A DNA stretch of 62,202 nt, filler included, from Candidatus Fermentibacterota bacterium (GCA_016928395.1; 8 parts of 8 records of this genome joined end to end with filler, not necessarily neighbours in it); one strand, 5' to 3'. Numbered from the whole stretch's first letter, positions 1 to 9,365 are shown. Notes: generated by a model not told the origin, from the letters alone. Numbers and translations: made by a program.

Positions 1-3
1 TCT

Positions 4-60
4 GTAGGAGCGGCTTCAGCCGCGACACGCAACCCCCGTCGGGCCTGAAGGCCCTCCTAC
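4..60. repeat. Inverted pair of GTAG-type REP palindromes (REPIN-like)
   Basis: GTAGGAGCGGCTTCAGCCGCGAC at 4-26 and GTCGGGCCTGAAGGCCCTCCTAC at 38-60; the second is the exact reverse complement of 38331-38353. Confidence 0.75.
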
Positions 61-223
61 TCTGTTCATGCACCCCCCGTCGCCCGCGGGAGGGCGGGGC
101 TCGGAGTCGGTATCGGTATCGGTATCAGGAGGCGTACCTCCGAGTACGAGAGGGTGGATGTACTCTCAAACGGGGCTGCAGGCCGTGAGGGTGATCGAGT
201 GAGCCTGGCGGTCATCCGGCCTG

Positions 224-1612
224 TCAGGGAAGAACGACCTGGTAGTCGAATTCCCCGACACGGTTGGAGCGGGCCAACTCAACCCCTCCTGCATTCACGG
301 CCATGAGCAGGTATGTCCAGTTCTGCGCAGGGTCGCCGAGTCCGTTCGGTGTGGACCACGTTGTCTCAGTGGAAGGCAGTTGCGTCAGCCGGTTGTCGAA
401 TCCGGGCGCCGCACCGGGAACAAAGATTTGGTTGTTGCCGGCGCCGAATACCCAGAATTCGGCCGCACCGTCGTACGGCTCCCAGCTCAAGGTGTAGAGC
501 CCGCCGGCCTCGGTGCCGGCGATGATGAGCAGTTCGGGTACTACGTGCGCGTACTTCAGATCGAGATTCGTTCCGTCATAGTAGGCGATGTGGGGCCTCT
601 CCGTGGCGTCCAGGCAAAGCGACGCGTACCGGCCGACGCTGAGGGACTGATCGATGAAACGCCGATTCCAGCCCGCGCCGTCCTTGTAGGCATACTCCAG
701 GATTCCCCAGTCCGCATTGTAGTAGGCCACGTGGGGTAAACCCTCTCCGTCCACTGCCAGCGAGGTGTACATGGCATTGAAGTAGCTTGGATCGAGAAAC
801 TCGCTCTGCCACCCCGTGGCAGTCTTGCGCACGTATTTCGGAGGCCCGTCGGCCATGTGGGTGATGTGGGGCCTGTCTGACCCATCCAGGGCCAGGGAGC
901 TATGCTCTCCGTAGACTACTCACCCGCCGGGAGGCACATCGGCGTTCTCGATGTGCCATCCCACGGCATCCTGATAGGCGTACCGTAACGCGGTGCACGA
1001 CGTGAACGAGGCATAGCTGATGTGGGGGAATCCCGCCGAGTCCAGAGCCAGCGATGCGTAGGTGCCCGCATTGCCCGCGGCATCGACAAGTTGGGTCTGC
1101 CATGCACCGCCATCGTGGAACGAGTAGCAAAGGTCCTGATCTATCTCATCGTAGTACGCGATGTGGGGCCGGCCCGCCCCGTCAAGGGCCAGCGAGCTGT
1201 ACGAGCCGACCATGCCTGTGCTCGCCACGGTCTGCACGATCCAGGTGGCGCCCTCCCACCGGGCATACTTCAGATCATAGCCGAGCCCATCCATGTAGCT
1301 GATGTGGGGCGCACCGCCGGCATCCAGGGCCAGGGAAGCGAAGAACCCCGGATCACCCGAGTCGTCCACTACCTGGAACACCCACGCGGCGCCGTCCCAC
1401 CAGGCATAGCAAAGACTTTGGTCCGTAGCGTCATGGTAGGCGATGTGCGGCCTGCCAGATGAGTCCAGGGCCAGGGAGCTGAAGCTGCCCCGGTCGCCCG
1501 GGGCGTCGACCGTCGTGATCTTCCACCCGTCAGGCGGGGGGGCGCTCTGGGCAGTTTTTCCCAGGAGGGCGAACACAACGAGAGAGACGAAGGCGAGGAT
1601 CCTGAGCATCAT
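224..1612 (-). pseudogene. Secreted 7-repeat beta-propeller protein with SNRVGEFD C-terminal domain, interrupted by one in-frame TGA at 920-922
   Basis: Signal peptide MMLRILAFVSLVVFALLGKTAQS; seven repeats of W..VD..G.xSLALD..G.PHI.Y continuing in the same frame across the TGA (PGG*VVYGEHSSLALD); ORFs 920..1930 and 224..856 are in frame. Confidence 0.75.
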
Positions 1613-1722
1613 AGACACCTCATCGATTCGGTGAGAAATCCGTACACGAACGATGCATGAGGAGAGGCCAATGCAACCCACGGGCCGTGTCTCGGTGCCA
1701 CCGATACCGGCAGGCCCGGCGC

Positions 1723-2559
1723 TCAGTACTCCTCCGGCAACTCCTCTAGCTCCTCCAAGGTGAACACCGGGCCGTCCTTGCAGACGAAGACCTTGCCGAC
1801 ATTGCAGCGGCCACACTTTCCTATGCCGCACTTCATGCGGTTCTCCAGGGTCGTGTAGGTCATGTTCTTGGCGAACCTGAGCTTCTCCAGCACCGGAAGC
1901 GTGAACTTGATCATGATGGGGGGTCCGCACACCAACGCTACGGTATCCGCGCTGGAAGGCGCGATCTGCTCCACGACCGTGGGCACGAACCCGATCTCGC
2001 CACTCCAGTCAGGGGTCTCACCCCCCGGATCCACCGTGGTGATCACTCGCACATCCCCCCGGGCGTGCCACTCTTCCAGTTCGTGCTTGTACACCAGGTC
2101 AGCGACACTGCGGGCGCCATAGATGATACTCACATCCTTGAATCGTTCCCGCAAATCCAGCACGTTCCAGATCACGCAGCGCAACGGCGGCAAGGCAATC
2201 CCGCCGGCGATGAACAGGATGCTCTTGCCTTCCCATGTCTCAATAGGAAACGTATTGCCGTAGGGGCCGCGGAATCCGATGATGTCTCCGACATCACAGT
2301 CCGCCAACGCGGTGGTCACCCGTCCCATCGTGCGGAAGGTGCACTCGAGGTAGCCGCTGCGCGTCGGTGACGAGGCAATGCAAAAGGTGCTCTCTCCTTG
2401 TCCGAACACCGAGTAGAGGCCGAATTGGCCGGCCTTGAACCGGAATCGGGCACCGGCCTCCTCGTCCTGAAACGTGAGCCGGAACGTCTTGATCCCCGGC
2501 GCCTCATCCACGATGTGCGCGATGCGCATGAGATAGGGTCTATAGATGTTCTCGCTCAT
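1723..2559 (-). CDS. flxA: FlxA-like FAD/NAD(P)-binding oxidoreductase subunit with 2Fe-2S motif
   Basis: FKAGQF, RGPYGN, AGGIALPP, VCGPPIM and MKCGIGKCGRC...CKDGPVF motifs; ATGA overlap with the upstream gene; last gene of the hdr-flx operon. Confidence 0.88.
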   Translation of the reverse strand: MSENIYRPYLMRIAHIVDEAPGIKTFRLTFQDEEAGARFRFKAGQFGLYSVFGQGESTFCIASSPTRSGYLECTFRTMGRVTTALADCDVGDIIGFRGPYGNTFPIETWEGKSILFIAGGIALPPLRCVIWNVLDLRERFKDVSIIYGARSVADLVYKHELEEWHARGDVRVITTVDPGGETPDWSGEIGFVPTVVEQIAPSSADTVALVCGPPIMIKFTLPVLEKLRFAKNMTYTTLENRMKCGIGKCGRCNVGKVFVCKDGPVFTLEELEELPEEY

Positions 2560-3572
2560 TCGCCACTCTCCGCGATAACGGCCAGGTGCTCCGCGAGGTT
2601 CATGTCCACAGGGCAGGCCCGGGAACACCGGCCGCACCCGACGCACCCCAGAACCTGGAGACGCTCAGGCATGTAGGCGAACTTGTGCATCACCCTCTGC
2701 CGCCAACGATGGCTCTGGACCTCGCGGGGATTATGCCCTGACGTGTGCAGCGTGAACAGAGAGAATCCGCAGGAATCCCAGCAGCGTACTCTGGCGCCGC
2801 CGTGGCGGGTGGCTTCGTCCTGGATGTCGAAACACACGCAGGTCGGGCATACATAGGCGCATGCGCCACAGCCGAGGCATCGCAGTGACTGATCGATCCA
2901 CAGCTCCTCCCGGTCAAAGGTCTTCGGCAGAACCTGGCGCAGCCGGTCAAGATCAAAACGAACGGGAACAGAGGCCAGATGGGCCGCCTTGTCCATACCC
3001 TCGGCCGGCCCGAAAAGCTCTCCGGCGATGCCCGCCAGCTCCACTCCCCGCTCCGTCACGACTTCGACAAGGTACTCATCCCCGACCCCAGTGAGCAGCA
3101 GGTCGCTGCCTGCCGTGTCGCCCGGCCCACCCCCGGTCGAGGTGCAGAAGCAGTAGTCATCCGCCTGGTTGCACGCGATCGAGACAAATGCAACCTTGTT
3201 CCGGCGGGCCAGATACGGCTCATCTTGAGAGTCCCATGTGAACACCGCATCCAGTGCGGCAAAGGCTCTGGCATCACAGGGCCTCAGCCCGAATATGATG
3301 GTGGGAACGCTGGACTCCGCAGCCTCCACCACTTCAATGCCCGACTCCCCCCGACGGAACCGGAACAACTCCTCCCAGATAGGCAAGACGGCCGACTTGG
3401 GCGACAGCGTCGTCTGGATCAGGCCAGCGGCGACGTCACCCGGTGAGTCGACCTCACCGAAGGTCGTGATGTCGCCCTCGGCACGGGGCGCCAGGATCCA
3501 CCACCCCGCGGTCTTGTACCGCTGGAACAGGGCCTCCAGTGAGGTGGTGCTCATACGTTTCTGTTCAATCAT
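2556..3572 (-). CDS. flxB: FlxB-like 4Fe-4S dicluster protein (AsrA/HydB-like)
   Basis: GLRPCD, CFC, CLGCGACAYVCPTCVCF and GCVGCGRCSRACP motifs; operon position. Confidence 0.8.
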   Translation of the reverse strand: MIEQKRMSTTSLEALFQRYKTAGWWILAPRAEGDITTFGEVDSPGDVAAGLIQTTLSPKSAVLPIWEELFRFRRGESGIEVVEAAESSVPTIIFGLRPCDARAFAALDAVFTWDSQDEPYLARRNKVAFVSIACNQADDYCFCTSTGGGPGDTAGSDLLLTGVGDEYLVEVVTERGVELAGIAGELFGPAEGMDKAAHLASVPVRFDLDRLRQVLPKTFDREELWIDQSLRCLGCGACAYVCPTCVCFDIQDEATRHGGARVRCWDSCGFSLFTLHTSGHNPREVQSHRWRQRVMHKFAYMPERLQVLGCVGCGRCSRACPVDMNLAEHLAVIAESGE

Positions 3573-3578
3573 CGTCTG

Positions 3579-4382
3579 CTACCTGATGAAGGTGTCTTTG
3601 TCGTCGGTCGTGAAGGTCGAGAGGGCGTATGACGCCGTTGCGGAGAGGCCGGCCTTGCCCCCGAACTGCTCGGCGACTTCCTTCTCGATGACCTGATTGA
3701 GCAGATTCAGCGGAATGTCCACCGGGCAGGCCCGGGCACATTCCCCGCAATTGACGCAGCGCCCTGCCAAGTGCATGGCTCGTACCAGATGCCAGCCCAT
3801 GTTCCCCAGAGGATGAGCCGGCACCGGAATCCATTGGGGTTGATTCACCTCCACGATGCACTGGCTGCAGTAGCACATCGGGCAGGCTGCCCTGCACGCG
3901 TAGCATTTCAGGCATCGGGAGAACTCCTCCTGCCAGAATCGCCACCGCTCTTCCCGTGAAAGCGAGGCGATTTCGTCGAGGCAGTTCTGTTCCTCAGGCG
4001 AAAGCACAGCATCCGGCTTGCTCACCGCGCCTTCGATCTCCCCCAGGGTCTCTAGCCGGCGCACCCCGCCATCGGCCTCGGGAATGAGCGCGATGACATC
4101 GCGGTCTTTCACCTGCTGCTCCGAGGCCAATTGGAGGATCGACCGCAGAACCGCCTGGGTCCCAACTATGGCGGGCTTGCCCAATGACTTCACTTCCGGT
4201 TTCAGGAGATACACCGCCAGATTGTGCACGCACCGGTCATCGAAGATCAGGTCACCCACGCTGGTGGGGTCGCGGACCATGAGGGGGCGCGCCCCTCCCG
4301 CGCTCCCACCCCCAAAGCCGATCACTACCGCCGCTTCACCCGACTGCAGAAGGTCCCTTGCGGCATCCTGCAACCCTGTCAT
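3579..4382 (-). CDS. flxC: FlxC-like 4Fe-4S dicluster protein
   Basis: RCLKCYACRAACPMCYC and HLAGRCVNCGECARACP; lies between the MvhD-like and AsrA-like genes. Confidence 0.75.
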   Translation of the reverse strand: MTGLQDAARDLLQSGEAAVVIGFGGGSAGGARPLMVRDPTSVGDLIFDDRCVHNLAVYLLKPEVKSLGKPAIVGTQAVLRSILQLASEQQVKDRDVIALIPEADGGVRRLETLGEIEGAVSKPDAVLSPEEQNCLDEIASLSREERWRFWQEEFSRCLKCYACRAACPMCYCSQCIVEVNQPQWIPVPAHPLGNMGWHLVRAMHLAGRCVNCGECARACPVDIPLNLLNQVIEKEVAEQFGGKAGLSATASYALSTFTTDDKDTFIR

Positions 4383-4831
4383 ACTGCGATCCCTCCTGGC
4401 CGGATGTGAGCGGGAATGGTTTGCCGGTACTCGTCGTAGGGCCCCAGCTCCCTGACATTCGAGACGACGGAATTCACCAGATCAGCCCACTTGGCGCCCT
4501 CGGCCGCCGACACCCACGCGAAGTGAATCCGCCGGGTATCGACTCCCACGAAGTCCAGGAGCGCGCGCAGTACAATCCATCTCCGCCGCGCGTGGTAGTT
4601 GCCCGAGGTGTAGTGGCAATCAGCAGGATGGCAGCCCGAGATGATGATCCCGTCGGCGCCCTGGGTGAAGGCCTGCAAGACGTACATGAAGTCAATCCTG
4701 CCGGTGCACGGCACCCGAAGCACGCGCACGTTTGACGCGTACTTGATGCGGCTCGTACCCGTCAGGTCGGCGCCGGCATAGGTGCACCACGTGCAGACAA
4801 ACGCGGTGACCTTGGGTTCAAATTCCGCCAT
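4379..4831 (-). CDS. flxD: FlxD/MvhD hydrogenase iron-sulfur (2Fe-2S) subunit, all-Cys form
   Basis: FVCTWCTYAGAD, RVPCTGRID, SGCHPADCHY, WVSAAEG motifs; AGGAG RBS. Confidence 0.9.
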   Translation of the reverse strand: MAEFEPKVTAFVCTWCTYAGADLTGTSRIKYASNVRVLRVPCTGRIDFMYVLQAFTQGADGIIISGCHPADCHYTSGNYHARRRWIVLRALLDFVGVDTRRIHFAWVSAAEGAKWADLVNSVVSNVRELGPYDEYRQTIPAHIRPGGIAV

Positions 4832-5327
4832 TGTGATCTCCTGGTATCCCGTTGGGCACAGGGTTCAGGGTTCGGGGTTCAGGAAGCCCCTGAGCATATG
4901 CGTCGTACTCCTCGGTGTCCTCCTGCACAGACTCCACGGGCCAGCGCCGGTCAGACTCGGGTAGATTCCTCTCGAGGGAACGTTCGATACCGTTGAGCAT
5001 GCGAATGCACTCCTGATATCGCGCACGATACTCCTCGTACGTTTCCTGTGTTTCGTAGCCTTTCAGCCACGCCATGTACAGGTGATGCACGGTCTCGGCG
5101 GCCTCTCCGCGACTCCGATTCACTCCTTCGATCTTGTTTCGCACATGCCGGTCATCGTATTTCTCGGCGAGCTGGCCAGCAGCGCTGTTTGACGCCCGTC
5201 GAGCCTGAGACCCCAGCTCGTACTTCTCCTCGATTGGCCACCGCTGCGTAAGCTTTCCGACACATATGTGCAGACGACAGAGCTTCTGGTACACGACCAG
5301 GTCCTCTAGCCTACGATATGCTGCCAT
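4818..5327 (-). CDS. Four-helix-bundle protein (23S rRNA IVS protein / Avd-like family)
   Basis: xxLEDLVVYQK...WPIEEKYELGSQARRASNS...SRGEAAET...MLNG signature; purine-rich RBS. Confidence 0.85.
   Translation of the reverse strand: MAAYRRLEDLVVYQKLCRLHICVGKLTQRWPIEEKYELGSQARRASNSAAGQLAEKYDDRHVRNKIEGVNRSRGEAAETVHHLYMAWLKGYETQETYEEYRARYQECIRMLNGIERSLERNLPESDRRWPVESVQEDTEEYDAYAQGLPEPRTLNPVPNGIPGDHNGGI
4854..4884. repeat. Downstream arm of the heptamer-based inverted repeat flanking the four-helix-bundle gene
   Basis: GGGCACAGGGTTCAGGGTTCGGGGTTCAGGA; complementary to 5335-5379. Confidence 0.8.
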
Positions 5328-5334
5328 CTCCCTC

Positions 5335-5379
5335 TCCCCTGAACCCTGTTCCCTGAACCCTGACCCCCGAACGTGCCCC
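5335..5379. repeat. Upstream arm of the heptamer-based inverted repeat flanking the four-helix-bundle gene
   Basis: CCCCTGAACCCTGTTCCCTGAACCCTGACCCCCGAACGTGCCCC; begins immediately after the hdrA stop codon on the minus strand. Confidence 0.8.
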
Positions 5380-7371
5380 TCACAGCGCCACGAGTTCCGC
5401 AAAGACCTGTTCATTCGTGAAGCCCTGCAAATCGATGGCTTTCACGCGGCACAAGGCGACGCAAGTGCCGCATCCCTGGCACAGGCCGGGGTTCACCTTG
5501 GCCACAACCTTGAGCACCCTTCCCTGCCTATCCTTGATCTCCTCGCGCTCGATGGCCCGGTAGGGGCACGCGCTCTCACAGAGGAAGCAGCCCACGCACT
5601 TGGAAAACAGCGGTGGCGCCGTGCGATGGACCACGGCGATCACCGGCTCTCGCGACAGCTCGCTCTGGGAAAACAACCCTACCACCTTCGCCGCGGCGCC
5701 GGATGCCTGGGACACCGTTTCCGGGATATCCCGGGGCGCCTGGCATGCTCCTGCCAGGAAGATCCCGGCGGTATTGGTCTCCACCGGCCTGAGCTTGGGA
5801 TGGGCCTCGGCGAAGAAGAAGTACGGATCATAGCTTATGTGCAGCTTCTGCGCCAGTTCCTCAGCGCCCTCGCCGGCCACTACGGCGGTGCCCAGCACCA
5901 CCAGATCGGCCCGCACGTCGATGGGTCGTCCGCCCAGGAGGGTGTCGGCGCCCTTCACCACCAGCTTCCCATCTTCCTCGTAAATGCGCGAAACACGGCC
6001 GCGGATGTAGGAAACGTGATCCTCCTCGATGGCGCGCCGGACGAACTCCTCGTACATCTTGCCGCCGGCCCGGATGTCCATGTAGAACACATAGGCCTTG
6101 CCATGGTGGACCTTGTGCTTGTACAACATGGCGTGCTTGGCCAGATACATACAGCAGATCTTGGAGCAGTATTCGATACCCTTGGCGGGATCCCGGGAGC
6201 CCGCGCAGGAAATGAACACCACCGTCTCGGCGATCGTGCCGTCGGAAGGCCTGCGGATCTCGCCCAACGTCGGCCCCGAGGCCGAGGCAAGGCGCTCGAA
6301 CTGGAGGCCCGTGATCACATCGGGATACTTGCCAAAGCCGTACTCGGGGAAGAAGTCGCACCCCTTGACCTCAAAACCCGTGGCAGCCACGATGGCGCCC
6401 ACATCGGCCTCGATGATCGTGTCTTCCTGGTCGTAGCGGATCGCCTTGGTGGGGCAGACCTTCTCGCAGACACGGCACTTGCCCTTCTGGAAGTAGAGAC
6501 AGTTGTCCGTATCGATCACCGGCTTATTGGGTACCGCCTGGGGAAACGGCACATAGATGGCGGTGCGCGTTCCCACACCCGCGTCGAACTCGCTGGGAAT
6601 CTTCTTCTGGGGGCACTTCAGGGCGCAGAGTCCGCAGCCCGTGCAGAGCGTCTCGTCGATATGGCGGGCCTTCTTGCGGATCTTCACGTTGAAGTTGCCG
6701 ATGAATCCCTCGACACTCTCCAGCTCCGAGTAGGTGTGGAGCGTGATGTTGGGATGCTGGGCGACCTCTACCATCCGAGGCGTGAGGATACACTGGGAAC
6801 AATCCAGCGTAGGGAAGGTCTCGGAAAGCTGGGCCATGTGCCCGCCGATGGAGGGTTCCCGCTCCACCATGATGACTGTGTGCCCGGCATTGGCGATGTC
6901 CAACGCCGCCTGAATGCCGGCGACGCCGCCGCCAAGCACCAATGCCGTCTTGGTTACGGGCACTTTGATGGGAAAAAGTGGCTCATTCCGCCGCACCTTC
7001 TCCACCATGACCCGCACCAAGTCCGTGGCCTTCTCCGTTGTAGCCTCGCTCTTCTCGTGCACCCAGGAGCAGTGCTCCCGCACATTGGCCATCTCGCAGA
7101 GGTACGGGTTCAATCCGGCGTCGGCGCAGGCCCTTCGGAACGTTGGCTCGTGCATGCGGGGCGAGCAGGCGGCCACCACAACCCCTGTCAGGTTCTTCTC
7201 CTTGATGGCATCCCGGATCATGGTCTGCCCGGGATCAGAGCACATATACTTGTAGTCGACGCTGTGGACCACGCCGGGGACACCCGACATCGTCTCGGCA
7301 ACCTTTGCGCAATCCACCGTTGCACTGATATTCTCGCCACAGTGGCAGACGAACACACCGATTCGTGCCAT
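5380..7371 (-). CDS. hdrA: Heterodisulfide reductase subunit A
   Basis: RIGVFVCHCGENI, AACSPRMHE, NVREHCSWVH, GGGVAG FAD motif, TFPTLDC, CAGSRD, YCSKICC, DIR, ferredoxin motifs. Confidence 0.96.
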   Translation of the reverse strand: MARIGVFVCHCGENISATVDCAKVAETMSGVPGVVHSVDYKYMCSDPGQTMIRDAIKEKNLTGVVVAACSPRMHEPTFRRACADAGLNPYLCEMANVREHCSWVHEKSEATTEKATDLVRVMVEKVRRNEPLFPIKVPVTKTALVLGGGVAGIQAALDIANAGHTVIMVEREPSIGGHMAQLSETFPTLDCSQCILTPRMVEVAQHPNITLHTYSELESVEGFIGNFNVKIRKKARHIDETLCTGCGLCALKCPQKKIPSEFDAGVGTRTAIYVPFPQAVPNKPVIDTDNCLYFQKGKCRVCEKVCPTKAIRYDQEDTIIEADVGAIVAATGFEVKGCDFFPEYGFGKYPDVITGLQFERLASASGPTLGEIRRPSDGTIAETVVFISCAGSRDPAKGIEYCSKICCMYLAKHAMLYKHKVHHGKAYVFYMDIRAGGKMYEEFVRRAIEEDHVSYIRGRVSRIYEEDGKLVVKGADTLLGGRPIDVRADLVVLGTAVVAGEGAEELAQKLHISYDPYFFFAEAHPKLRPVETNTAGIFLAGACQAPRDIPETVSQASGAAAKVVGLFSQSELSREPVIAVVHRTAPPLFSKCVGCFLCESACPYRAIEREEIKDRQGRVLKVVAKVNPGLCQGCGTCVALCRVKAIDLQGFTNEQVFAELVAL

Positions 7372-7393
7372 TCTTAGTCCTCCATGCCCCTTC

Positions 7394-8269
7394 TCATGCG
7401 CCCACCACCGCCCGCCGTGGCAGGGCCACCTTCACCAGGTGCCGCTGCAGCCCGAGGTCCTTTCGATCGATGCCCAGGGCCAGGCCGATGGCCTGGGTGA
7501 TGTACAGCACGGGGATATGCGCCTCGGCCTCGGACATTCCCTTGATCGCGCACCGCCGCATGTCCAGGTTAGACTGGCACATTGGGCATGCCACGATGAG
7601 GGCTTCGGCGCCACGCTTCACGGCATCCGTCACGATGGGCTTGCAGAGCTTGGCAACGAGATCCGTGCGCGATACCGAAAACCCGGCGCCACAGCATTCC
7701 ACCTTGAATGCCCAATCGATAGGCTCCGCCCCAACCCGCTCCATCATCCTGTCCATGGTCATGGGATCCTCGGGCTGATCGAAGCGCAAGACCTTGGGCG
7801 GCCGTACCATGAGACAGCCATAGTAGCAGGCAACCTTGTAGGCAAGGGGGGCCACCACCAGAGACTCAAGCGACGCGCCCTCCAAGGCGCGATCCAAGGC
7901 CTGGATGACGTTGATGGGCACCGCGTTCAGCGCCAGGTCCATTTCGATGATATCCGCGATCTCGGCCTTCAGGGCCTCGTTCTCCTGCAGCTCGTGCCGA
8001 GTCATGACCAAGCGGCTGTAGCATGCCGAGCACGGCACCGCGATCTCCTGCATCCCCGCCCCTTCCGCCAGGGCCAGAATCCGGGCCGGCAAAGAAAGGG
8101 AGAGCGCATGATTCAGATTATGGGCTGCCGTGGCGCCGCAGCAATTCCAATCCGGCACCTCTTCCAGTTCCACGCCGAGCTTGTCCATGACGGCGCACAG
8201 CGACTCGTTGAACTCCCGGGACGACCCCTTGAGCGAGCATCCGGGGTAGAATCCCATCTTCATGGTCAT
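7394..8269 (-). CDS. hdrB: Heterodisulfide reductase subunit B
   Basis: FYPGCSL, DWNCCGA, PCSAC, YYGC, ECCGA, ACPMCQSNLD (two CCG domains). Confidence 0.94.
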   Translation of the reverse strand: MTMKMGFYPGCSLKGSSREFNESLCAVMDKLGVELEEVPDWNCCGATAAHNLNHALSLSLPARILALAEGAGMQEIAVPCSACYSRLVMTRHELQENEALKAEIADIIEMDLALNAVPINVIQALDRALEGASLESLVVAPLAYKVACYYGCLMVRPPKVLRFDQPEDPMTMDRMMERVGAEPIDWAFKVECCGAGFSVSRTDLVAKLCKPIVTDAVKRGAEALIVACPMCQSNLDMRRCAIKGMSEAEAHIPVLYITQAIGLALGIDRKDLGLQRHLVKVALPRRAVVGA

Positions 8270-8838
8270 CCATCCTTCCTCTGGGCCCGCTGGAATATCC
8301 TGGCCATGTGACTGCGGCCGCGGATCAATTCGGGAATCGGGTTCAGCTTGCCCCGCACGAAGAGCTTGGGCGCCATCAGAAGATCCTGCAGCAGATGCCG
8401 GGTGCGCACCTTGTAGGCCACGATCAGGAGGATCTCGTAGAGGCGGCCGCAGGTCCGTATGGAGTCGAGGAACGACTTGTGAAAGGCGATGATATCCCTG
8501 GCCTTGGGATGGGCGACCTTGCGCCGAAGCGATTCAGCTCGGAGGGAATCCATGACCTTGGGCAGGTCGATCTCCTTGGGGCACCGCGCATAGCACATCT
8601 CGCAGGTCAGGCACAGCCAGATGGTGTGCGAGCGGAGCACCTCGTCGTCAAGCTCGGGCATCTCCAGTTGCAGCATGCGCAGGATCTGGCTGGGCGTGAT
8701 GTCCATCTCGTCGGCCAACGGGCATCCCGCTGAGCACTTGCCGCACTGGTAGCACTCGGCCACTGCCACGCCGGTGTCATGCAAGACCCTACCTGCCAGC
8801 GTGTCGGTGGCGGAGACGGTATGAAGGGCAGAACTCAT
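8266..8838 (-). CDS. hdrC: Heterodisulfide reductase subunit C
   Basis: CYQCGKCSAGCP and IWLCLTCEMCYARCP; start chosen at MSSALH (8838), longer start at 8883 possible. Confidence 0.92.
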   Translation of the reverse strand: MSSALHTVSATDTLAGRVLHDTGVAVAECYQCGKCSAGCPLADEMDITPSQILRMLQLEMPELDDEVLRSHTIWLCLTCEMCYARCPKEIDLPKVMDSLRAESLRRKVAHPKARDIIAFHKSFLDSIRTCGRLYEILLIVAYKVRTRHLLQDLLMAPKLFVRGKLNPIPELIRGRSHMARIFQRAQRKDG

Positions 8839-9365
8839 GACATACTCCCGGGACTCCCCACGGGAATCCGCATGGTTGATCAACAGATCCCTCTCACGAC
8901 TCGCGACGGGGCTCTGGGCGAACCGCGGGCACGGCGCAGCAGGATCAGCATGGAAAGGCTCTTGAGGAGCGATTCAAGTAACGGCCTCACCCGCTGCGTT
9001 ACCACTGAAAACCGAACATAGCGTCGGAGGCCTCGCGCGTAGGCCCTCACGGTTCGGGATTCAGACCGGATTGCCCACTGCCCGACTGAGGAGTGAAGAG
9101 ATAGGAGTGTGCAGACATCCCACACTGCCGACTGCGACGAGCTCCCGCACCTGGGAGAGGGCATGAACCGCGCACTATGCATCTTGGTCCAGCGCGTTGC
9201 CTTTTCCCTGCATGGAGAAGCAGGGATGAGGGTGCCTTGTGCACCGGGGTCTGTCGATTTGACCTCTGCTCGCACGCTCGGTTTCACCTGTACTTACGCG
9301 CAAGCCCATGGAGGTTGTGTCAGCAAATGCGTGACCCAGGAAGACTCGACTGATGCTCGGTTTTC

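Noticed and set aside
4818-5327. Diversity-generating retroelement (Avd-like gene)
   Set aside because: No reverse transcriptase and no TR/VR pair with adenine-specific mismatches was seen.
4379-7371. Selenocysteine in FlxD/MvhD or HdrA
   Set aside because: Both ORFs are uninterrupted and use Cys at the conserved positions.
5266-7377. Long plus-strand ORFs opposite real genes (also 7439-8311, 13765-15126, 18374-19810, and 31020-32477 on the minus strand)
   Set aside because: Shadow ORFs caused by high-GC codon bias; no motifs, and each overlaps a well-supported gene on the other strand.
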